The position numbers were made by a program, and so were the translations under genes. 64,000 nt of DNA, taken from Burkholderiales bacterium. Lineage in GTDB: Bacteria > Pseudomonadota > Gammaproteobacteria > Burkholderiales > SG8-39. The notes under the pieces were generated by a model. That model saw only the letters and a list, made by a program, of their open reading frames with translations, did not search any database and had not been told where the DNA came from. Positions 18,375 to 25,554 of this stretch are shown in pieces. Location: assembly GCA_036262835.1 (NCBI GenBank), contig DATAID010000104.1, forward strand, positions 19,008 through 83,007, written 5' to 3'. Numbering within the stretch: the stretch's first letter is position 1; every line of letters begins with the position of its first letter.

Positions 18375-19559
18375 ATGGATCTCAACTATTCCCAGGAAGA
18401 ATCGGCGTTCCGCGACGAGGTTCGCAGCTGGCTTAACGCCAACCTTCCCAAGAGCCTGCGCGACAAGGTCGCCAACTACGAGGAGCTCGGACGCGAAGAC
18501 CTGCTCGGCTGGCACCGCATCCTCGCCAAGAAAGGCTGGGTCGCGCCGGCCTGGCCCAAGGAGTTCGGCGGCACGGGCTGGAACGTGGTGCAGCGCTACA
18601 TCTTCGAGGAGGAGCTCGGCTACGTCGGCAGCCCTCCGCTCATTCCGTTCGGCCTCGCGATGTGCGGGCCGGTGCTGCTGCGCTTTGGCACCGACGCGCA
18701 GAAAAAGCGCTTCCTGCCGCGCATCTACAACGGCGATGATTTCTGGTGCCAGGGCTATTCCGAGCCGGGCTCGGGCTCCGACCTCGCCTCGCTGAAAACG
18801 AAGGCGGAGAGAAAAGGGGACCATTACATCGTCAACGGCCAGAAGATCTGGACCACGCTCGGGCATTTCGCCGACTGGATCTTCTGCCTCGTGCGCACCG
18901 ACTCGAACATGTCGAAGAAGCAGGAGGGCATCTCGTTCCTGCTCATCGACATGAAAACGCCCGGCATCACGGTGCGCCCGCTCATCCTCATGGACGGCGG
19001 TCACGAGGTGAATGAGGTGTTCTTCGACGACGTGAAGGTGCCGGTCGAGAATCTCGTGTTCGAGGAGGGCAAGGGCTGGACGGTGGCCAAGTACCTGCTC
19101 GGCCACGAAAGGATGGGCACGGGCCGCATCGGCGCCTCCAAGCGCGAGTTGGCGAAGCTAAAGCAGTTCGCCGCGACGCAGACGGGCGACGACGGCCGGC
19201 CGCTCACCGAGGACCCGCGCTTTCGCGACAAGCTGACGCGCGTCGAAGTGGAACTGATGGCGCTCGAGATCACCAACCTGCGCTTTCTCGACCAGATGCG
19301 GCGCACCAACCAGCCGCCGGGCGCGGATGTCTCGATGCTCAAGATCAAGGGTACCGAGATCCAGCAGGCGCTGACCGAGCTCTCGATGCAGGCAGTCGGG
19401 CCGATGGCGCAGCCCTTCAAGGCCGTGAACGGCGAGGCGTTCGACGAATTCACCGCCGGCCTCGCGCCGCGCTACTGCAACTTCCGCAAGACCACGATCT
19501 ATGCGGGCTCGAACGAGATCCAGCGCAACATCATCTCGAAGATGACGCTGGGGCTCTAG
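18375..19559 (+). CDS. Acyl-CoA dehydrogenase (probable catalytic subunit)
   Basis: ACAD fold motifs GYSEPGSGSD and WTT. The C-terminus reads TIYAGSNEIQRN. The Glu in LLGHERMG aligns by eye with the IVD/LCAD-type catalytic base. Confidence 0.9.
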   Translation: MDLNYSQEESAFRDEVRSWLNANLPKSLRDKVANYEELGREDLLGWHRILAKKGWVAPAWPKEFGGTGWNVVQRYIFEEELGYVGSPPLIPFGLAMCGPVLLRFGTDAQKKRFLPRIYNGDDFWCQGYSEPGSGSDLASLKTKAERKGDHYIVNGQKIWTTLGHFADWIFCLVRTDSNMSKKQEGISFLLIDMKTPGITVRPLILMDGGHEVNEVFFDDVKVPVENLVFEEGKGWTVAKYLLGHERMGTGRIGASKRELAKLKQFAATQTGDDGRPLTEDPRFRDKLTRVEVELMALEITNLRFLDQMRRTNQPPGADVSMLKIKGTEIQQALTELSMQAVGPMAQPFKAVNGEAFDEFTAGLAPRYCNFRKTTIYAGSNEIQRNIISKMTLGL

Positions 19560-19567
19560 GAGGCACC

Positions 19568-20671
19568 ATGAACTTCGACTACAACGAGGAGCAGCAGCTC
19601 CTGGCGGATTCGGTCCGCCGCTTTCTCTCCAAGGACTACGGCTTCGAGGAAAGAAAGAAGATCGTTCATTCCAAGGAAGGCTGGAGCGACAAGGTCTGGT
19701 CCACGATGGCCGAGATGGGCCTCACCGGCATCCCGTTCTCGACCGAGTTCGGCGGCTTTGGCGGCGGCGCCGTGGACCTGATGGGCGTGATGGAGGCGGC
19801 GGGCGAGGCGCTCCTGGTCGAGCCCTATCTCGCGACGCTGATGGCGGGCCAGCTCGTCGCGCGCGCGGGGAGCGATGCGCAGAAGAAGGCGATCCTCCCC
19901 GGCGTCGTCGAAGGCAAGACCAAGCTCGCTTTTGCGCAAACCGAGAAGGGCGCGCGCTACAACCTCGCCAAAGTCGGCGCGAAGGCGAAGAAGGCAGGCT
20001 CAGGCTGGGAGATCACGGGCGAGAAGGTGGTGGTGCTCGGCGCGCCCGCAGCCGAGCTGCTGGTCGTCTCGGCCGGCACGGACAAGGGGTTGTCGCTTTT
20101 CGTGGTCGATGCAAGGAAAGCGAAAATCAAGCCCTACCTCACGCTCGATGAGCAACGCGCGGGCGACGTGTCGTTCTCCGGCACGCCCGCCGAGCTGCTC
20201 GGCGCCGAAGGCAAGGCGCTTGCCGCGATCGAGGAGGTTGTCGATTTCGGCACCGCGCTCATCTGCGCCGAAGCCGTCGGCGCGATGAAGTTCGCGTGCG
20301 ACACGACGCTGGAATATTTGAAGACGCGCAAGCAGTTCGGCGTGCCGATCGGCACCTTCCAGGCCCTGCAGCATCGCATGGTCGACATGTACGTCGCCTA
20401 CGAGCAGGCGCGCTCGATGGCCTGCCTCGCCTGCTCCAAGATGGACACGCATGCGGACGCAAAAGACCGCGCCCGCGCCATCTCGGCGGCGAAAATCAAG
20501 GTCGCCGACAACTGCCGGCACGTGAGCCAGGAATCGATCCAGCTGCACGGCGGCATGGGCATGACCGAGGAGCTGAAGGTGAGCCACACCTTCCGGCGCC
20601 TCACCATGATCGCCCAGCAGTTCGGCGACGCCGAGCACCATCTCGGCCGCTTCGCCCTGCTGGACAAATAG
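19568..20671 (+). CDS. Acyl-CoA dehydrogenase family protein (possible non-catalytic partner subunit)
   Basis: ACAD C-terminal domain (QLHGGMGMTEE). It lies 8 nt downstream of the first ACAD. I could not locate either of the usual catalytic Glu positions by eye. Confidence 0.8.
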   Translation: MNFDYNEEQQLLADSVRRFLSKDYGFEERKKIVHSKEGWSDKVWSTMAEMGLTGIPFSTEFGGFGGGAVDLMGVMEAAGEALLVEPYLATLMAGQLVARAGSDAQKKAILPGVVEGKTKLAFAQTEKGARYNLAKVGAKAKKAGSGWEITGEKVVVLGAPAAELLVVSAGTDKGLSLFVVDARKAKIKPYLTLDEQRAGDVSFSGTPAELLGAEGKALAAIEEVVDFGTALICAEAVGAMKFACDTTLEYLKTRKQFGVPIGTFQALQHRMVDMYVAYEQARSMACLACSKMDTHADAKDRARAISAAKIKVADNCRHVSQESIQLHGGMGMTEELKVSHTFRRLTMIAQQFGDAEHHLGRFALLDK

Positions 20672-20674
20672 CGC

Positions 20675-21673
20675 ATGGCGCAGAACAAGGCGTGGACGGT
20701 CGCGGGCTTCCCGACGGGGGCGCTCAGCGAGAGCAACTTCAAGCTGGTCGAGTCGGCGACCGTAGCGCCGAAGGAGGGCGAAGTGCTGGTGAAGAACCTC
20801 TGGCTTTCGCTCGACCCTTACATGCGCGGGCGCTTGTCGCAGTCGAAAAGCTACGTCAAAGGCGTCGAGATCGGCGACGTCATGACCGGCGAGACGGCGG
20901 GCGAGGTCGTCGAATCGAAGCATCCGAAGTTCAAGCCCGGCGACAAGGTCACCGCGCCCTCGGGATGGCAGCTCTACTGGACCGGCAACGGCGACCTGGT
21001 CAACAAGGTGGACGCCTCGAAAGTGCCGCTCTCCTACTTCCTCGGCAGCCTCGGCATGCCCGGGCGCACCGCGTACTTCGGGATGAAGGACATCCTCCAG
21101 CCCAAGGCGGGCGAGACCGTGGTGGTCTCCGCGGCCTCCGGCGCCGTGGGCAGCGTGGTCGGCCAGCTCGCCAAGGCCTGGGGCGCGCGCGCCGTCGGCA
21201 TTGCCGGCGGCAAGGCGAAGTGCGATTACGTGGCGAAGGACCTCGGCTTCGACGCCTGCGTCGACTACAAGGCCGGCAACCTCGCCGCAGACCTCAAGGC
21301 CGCGTGCCCGAAGGGCATCGACTGCTATTTCGAGAACGTCGGCGGCAAGATCCTCGACACCGTGCTGACCTTGATGAACGTGAAGTCGCGCATTGCGGTC
21401 TGCGGCCTGATTTCCGACTACAACGCGACCGAGCCCTACGGCGTGAAGATGTTCCGCTCCATTCTCGTCAATCGGATCAAGGTGCAGGGCCTGATCGTGT
21501 TCGACTGGCTCGAGCGCTACCCCGAGGGCAACAAGGCGCTGCAGGACCTCGCCGCGGCGGGCAAGCTGAAGACGCGCGAGTCCGTCCTCGAAGGCATCGA
21601 GCAGGCGCCCAAGGGCCTCGTCGGCCTGCTCAAGGGCGAGAATTTCGGCAAGCAGCTGGTCAAACTAGCGTAG
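20675..21673 (+). CDS. NADP-dependent oxidoreductase of the MDR superfamily (alkenal/enone reductase, YncB/CurA/PTGR1-like)
   Basis: GETVVVSAASGAVGSVVGQLAK nucleotide-binding motif. The N-terminal pattern (FKLVE...GEVLVKNLWLSLDPYMRG) is typical of this subfamily. Confidence 0.85.
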   Translation: MAQNKAWTVAGFPTGALSESNFKLVESATVAPKEGEVLVKNLWLSLDPYMRGRLSQSKSYVKGVEIGDVMTGETAGEVVESKHPKFKPGDKVTAPSGWQLYWTGNGDLVNKVDASKVPLSYFLGSLGMPGRTAYFGMKDILQPKAGETVVVSAASGAVGSVVGQLAKAWGARAVGIAGGKAKCDYVAKDLGFDACVDYKAGNLAADLKAACPKGIDCYFENVGGKILDTVLTLMNVKSRIAVCGLISDYNATEPYGVKMFRSILVNRIKVQGLIVFDWLERYPEGNKALQDLAAAGKLKTRESVLEGIEQAPKGLVGLLKGENFGKQLVKLA

Positions 21674-21682
21674 GGAGAATCC

Positions 21683-22375
21683 ATGATCGAGCTCTACACG
21701 TGGCCGACGCCAAACGGCCACAAGGTCCACATCATGCTCGAGGAAACGGGCACGCCTTACAACGTGCACCCGATCGACATCGGCGCGGGCGACCAGTTCA
21801 CGCCCGAGTTCCTCAAGATCTCGCCCAACAACAAGATGCCGGCGATGGTCGACACCGACGGACCGGACGGCAAGCCGTTCGCGCTCGCCGAGTCGGGCGC
21901 AATGCTCTTCTACCTCGCCTCCAAGACCGGCAGGTTCCTGCCCTCGGACCTGCGCAAGAAGTGGCAGGTGATGCAATGGGTGATGTTCCAGATGGGGCAC
22001 ATCGGCCCGATGCTCGGGCAGGCGCACCATTTCCTCGGCTATGCGCCCGAGAAGATCGAGTACGCGATGAACCGCTACAAGAACGAGGCGAACCGCCTCT
22101 ACATGGTCGTCGACCGGCGCCTGAAGGAATCGAAATACCTCGCGTGCGAGGAGTACACCATCGCCGACATGGCCACCGTGCCCTGGCTGCGCTTTCCCGA
22201 GCGGCAAGGCGTGAACATCGACGAGTTCCCGGCGCTGAAGAAATGGCGCGACGCGATCCTCGCGCGGCCCTCCGTGCAGAAAGCGATGCAGGTTCTCGCC
22301 GACCGCCGCCGCACCGAGATGACGCCGCAACAGAAGGAGAACCTCTTCGGCGCGACGCAATATGCTAAGCGGTAA
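21683..22375 (+). CDS. yfcG: Nu-class glutathione S-transferase (YfcG-like disulfide reductase)
   Basis: MIELYTWPTPNGHKVHIMLEE...ISPNNKMPAMVD...GPMLGQAHHF is collinear with the E. coli YfcG sequence as I recall it. Confidence 0.8.
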   Translation: MIELYTWPTPNGHKVHIMLEETGTPYNVHPIDIGAGDQFTPEFLKISPNNKMPAMVDTDGPDGKPFALAESGAMLFYLASKTGRFLPSDLRKKWQVMQWVMFQMGHIGPMLGQAHHFLGYAPEKIEYAMNRYKNEANRLYMVVDRRLKESKYLACEEYTIADMATVPWLRFPERQGVNIDEFPALKKWRDAILARPSVQKAMQVLADRRRTEMTPQQKENLFGATQYAKR

Positions 22376-23120
22376 GGTCGCCTGGATTACCGGCGGCGGT
22401 TCCGGAATCGGCCTGGCCGGCGCCGAGGAGTTGCTGAAGGCAGGCGCACGCGTCGTGATTTCAGGCAGAACGGAAAAAACAAACAAAGAAGCGGAAAAGA
22501 AACTTCAAGCCCTCGGTGACGCCGAGGCGATCAGGCTCGATGTCGCCGACAAGAAAGCGGTGAACGCCGCCGCCGCCGACATCGAGAAGCGCCACGGCCG
22601 AATCGACATCCTGGTCGCGAGCGCCGGCACCAACATCGCCGGCAACCAGCGCAACTTCAAGAACATGACCCAGGAGGGCTGGGACGACGTCGTCGCCATC
22701 AACCTGAACGGGCTCTTCTACTGCAACCACGCGGTCATTCCCGGCATGCGCAAGAGGAAGGACGGCCTCATCATCAACATCGCCTCCTGGGCCGGGCGCT
22801 ACGCGAGCGCGCTCACGGGGCCTGCCTACAACGCGACCAAGCGCGCGGTGATCGCGGTCTCCGAGTCGATCAACATGGAAGAGTGCATGCACGGTATCCG
22901 CGCCTGCTCGATCCTGCCAGGCGAGGTGGCCACGCCGATCATGGAAAAGCGCCCGGTGCCGCCCTCGACAGAGGAGCGCGAGCGCATGGCGCAGGCCGAG
23001 GATCTCGGCCGGGCGATCCTCTTCGTCGCGACGATGCCCGCGCGCACCTGCGTCAACGAGCTGGTCATCGCGCCGACCTGGAACCGCTTCTACGTCGGCG
23101 GCCTGGAAGCACCGAAGTAG
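22362..23120 (+). CDS. Short-chain dehydrogenase/reductase
   Basis: GKVAWITGGGSGIGLA Rossmann motif and a YNATKRA catalytic Y-x3-K. It overlaps the GST gene by 14 nt. Confidence 0.85.
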   Translation: MLSGKVAWITGGGSGIGLAGAEELLKAGARVVISGRTEKTNKEAEKKLQALGDAEAIRLDVADKKAVNAAAADIEKRHGRIDILVASAGTNIAGNQRNFKNMTQEGWDDVVAINLNGLFYCNHAVIPGMRKRKDGLIINIASWAGRYASALTGPAYNATKRAVIAVSESINMEECMHGIRACSILPGEVATPIMEKRPVPPSTEERERMAQAEDLGRAILFVATMPARTCVNELVIAPTWNRFYVGGLEAPK

Positions 23121-23124
23121 AGTC

Positions 23125-24327
23125 TTGCTCCTCGCCCGCGTTTTCCTGCCGTTCGTCGCGGGCTACTACATCTCGTATTCGTACCGGTCGCTAAACGCGA
23201 TTCTCGGTCCGCGCATCGCCGCCGAGTTCGGCCTGAACGCCGCCGACCTCGGCCTGCTCACGAGCGTCTACTTCCTCGGCTTCGGCCTGGTGCAAATCCC
23301 CTGCGGCGTGCTCCTCGACCGCTACGGCCCGGCGCGGGTCGATGCGGTGCTGCTCGTGCTCGCCGCGTGCGGCGCGGCGCTCTTTGCGAGCGCGCATTCG
23401 TTCCCGGCGCTGGTGCTGGGACGAGCCCTGATCGGCATCGGCGTCTCGGTCTGCCTCATGGCCACGTTCCAGGCGTTCGTGCTGTGGTATCCGCTCGAGC
23501 GCATCGCGCGCCTAAACGCGAGCGCGTTCGCCACCGGCATCCTCGGCGCGATCACGGTGTCCGTGCCGCTCGAAGCGGCGCTCGAGGTGATGCACTGGCG
23601 CGCGATCGGATGGGTGCTCGCCGCCATCACGCTCGCGGCAAGCGCCGCGCTGTGGTGCGCGGTTCCGGCGCGCGCGCGCGAGGCGCCGCGCGATTCGCTC
23701 GCGGCTGCGCTCGGCGGCGTGCGCGCGCTCCTTGGCGACGCGGTCTTTCGCCGCACGGCGGTCATGATCGGCTGCAGCCAGTTCGCCGCCGTCTCGCTCT
23801 CGACGCTCTGGATCGCCACGTGGCTGCGCGATGTGGCGGGCTATGGCCGCAGCGAGGTCGCGCAAGCGCTCTTCCTGGTCGCGCTCGGCCTCATGGCGGG
23901 TTACCTCGTCCTCGGCCGCGCGGCCGATGCCCGCGCCCGGGACGGGCGCTCCGTGGTGCCGCTTGTTGCCGGCTGCATCGCCCTATCCTCGGCCTGCCTG
24001 CTGCTTCTTGCCCTGGGCGTGACGACGGGCGCGCTCGCGCTCTGGGTGATCTTCATCTTCGCTTCCAGCGCCGCCGTGCTCAGCTATTCGATTCTCGCGC
24101 GGCGCTATCCGAAGGAGATGGCGGGGCGCGTCAACACGGCGCTCAATACCTTCGCGTTCCTCGGCATGTTCCTCGGCCAGTGGATCGCCGGCCTCATCCT
24201 CAGCCGCTGGCCGCCCACCGCCGGCGGCTACGATCCCGAGGCCTACCGCTGGGCGCTCGGCGTGCTGTGGCTGGTGCAGCTCGCAGGGCTCGCCTGGTTC
24301 TGGCGCGGCCGCAAGTTACTCGCCTAG
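23125..24327 (+). CDS. MFS transporter
   Basis: 400 aa with about 12 hydrophobic segments. An MFS loop-like LLDRYGPARV motif follows TM2. A TTG start is inferred. Confidence 0.8.
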   Translation: MLLARVFLPFVAGYYISYSYRSLNAILGPRIAAEFGLNAADLGLLTSVYFLGFGLVQIPCGVLLDRYGPARVDAVLLVLAACGAALFASAHSFPALVLGRALIGIGVSVCLMATFQAFVLWYPLERIARLNASAFATGILGAITVSVPLEAALEVMHWRAIGWVLAAITLAASAALWCAVPARAREAPRDSLAAALGGVRALLGDAVFRRTAVMIGCSQFAAVSLSTLWIATWLRDVAGYGRSEVAQALFLVALGLMAGYLVLGRAADARARDGRSVVPLVAGCIALSSACLLLLALGVTTGALALWVIFIFASSAAVLSYSILARRYPKEMAGRVNTALNTFAFLGMFLGQWIAGLILSRWPPTAGGYDPEAYRWALGVLWLVQLAGLAWFWRGRKLLA

Positions 24328-24734
24328 GCGCGCGGCTCGAGGCTCCGGAAGGTGCCGATGGCCTTGGCGACGAGTTCGCCCGCCTCGTCGCGCACTTCGC
24401 CCTCGCAGAAGATCGTCGATTTGCCGGCCTTCGCCACGCGGCCCTCGGCGCGCATGAGACCCTTCGCCGTGCCGATGAACTGCGCCGAGAGGTCGATCGT
24501 CATGATCGAGCGCGGCGGGTCGTACAAGGTCCGAGCCGCCATCGAGAGCGTGATGTCGAGGAGCGACAGGATGCAGCCGCCGTGCACCGTGCCCCAGCTC
24601 GTGGTGAATTCGGGCTTGATCTCGAGCGAGAGGCGCGCGCCGCCCTTGTCGAGCGAATCGATTGTCACGCCGAGATGCTCGGCGAAGCGGATCTTCTTGA
24701 CGAACTCGGCGACTTCCGGGGAAACGGCGGCCAT
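24324..24734 (-). CDS. PaaI-family hotdog-fold thioesterase
   Basis: The GTVHGGCILSLLDITLSMAA motif and a 136 aa length are typical of PaaI/YbdB thioesterases. Confidence 0.85.
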   Translation of the reverse strand: MAAVSPEVAEFVKKIRFAEHLGVTIDSLDKGGARLSLEIKPEFTTSWGTVHGGCILSLLDITLSMAARTLYDPPRSIMTIDLSAQFIGTAKGLMRAEGRVAKAGKSTIFCEGEVRDEAGELVAKAIGTFRSLEPRA

Positions 24735-25511
24735 CTAGATCAGCATTGCGCCGCCATCGACCGAGATGGCTTCGCCCGTGATGTGGCGCGAGGCGTCCGA
24801 GGCGAGCAGCACGGCGAGCCCCTTCAGGTCTTCCGGCCCGCCGAGCCGGCGCGTCGGGGTCGCCTTGCGCATCGTTTCGCCGAAGGCGTCGAGCGTGGCG
24901 CGCGTCAGTTTCGAGGGGAAAAAGCCCGGGCAGATCGCGTTCACGGTGATGCCGTGCTCGCCCCACTCGGCGGCGAGCTGCTTGGTGAGCCCGACCACGC
25001 CGTGCTTGGTGGCGTTGTAGGACACCGTGCGCACCACCGCCGGGTCGCTCGCATAGAGTCCCGCCGTGGATGCGACGTTGATGATGCGGCCGGACTTCGC
25101 CGGGATCATCGCTTTCTTCGCCGCCTGCTGCGAAAGGATGAAGGTGCCCAACAGGTTGAGGCTGATTAGCTTGTCCCAGGCTTCGAGCGGGTGGTCCTCC
25201 GCGGGCGCGCCCCAGACGGCGCCCGCGTTGTTGACGAGGATGTCCACCCGGCCGAGCTTGGCCAGCATCCGGTCGAAGGCCGCCGGCAGGGTCTCGCGCT
25301 TGCCCACGTCGCAGGCGAACGCGTGCGCCGTGATGCCCTGCTTGCCGAGGTGCTCGGCCGCATGATCGAGCTCGTCCTGCTTGCGCGCGGTGATCGCGAC
25401 CTTCGCGCCCATCTCGCCCAACGCCTCGGCGATCTGCAGGCCCAGGCCCCGTGAGCCGCCGGTCACGATGGCGGCACGGCCCGAAAGATCGAAAAGCCTC
25501 TTGACACTCAT
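24735..25511 (-). CDS. Short-chain dehydrogenase/reductase (gluconate 5-dehydrogenase-like)
   Basis: Start MSVKRLFDLSGRAAIVTGGSRGLG, with a YNATKHG catalytic Y-x3-K. The stop abuts the thioesterase start with no gap. Confidence 0.85.
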   Translation of the reverse strand: MSVKRLFDLSGRAAIVTGGSRGLGLQIAEALGEMGAKVAITARKQDELDHAAEHLGKQGITAHAFACDVGKRETLPAAFDRMLAKLGRVDILVNNAGAVWGAPAEDHPLEAWDKLISLNLLGTFILSQQAAKKAMIPAKSGRIINVASTAGLYASDPAVVRTVSYNATKHGVVGLTKQLAAEWGEHGITVNAICPGFFPSKLTRATLDAFGETMRKATPTRRLGGPEDLKGLAVLLASDASRHITGEAISVDGGAMLI

Positions 25512-25554
25512 TTGCTCTTCCCTAGTACCCTTGGGAAAAAATGCAGGGACCTCC

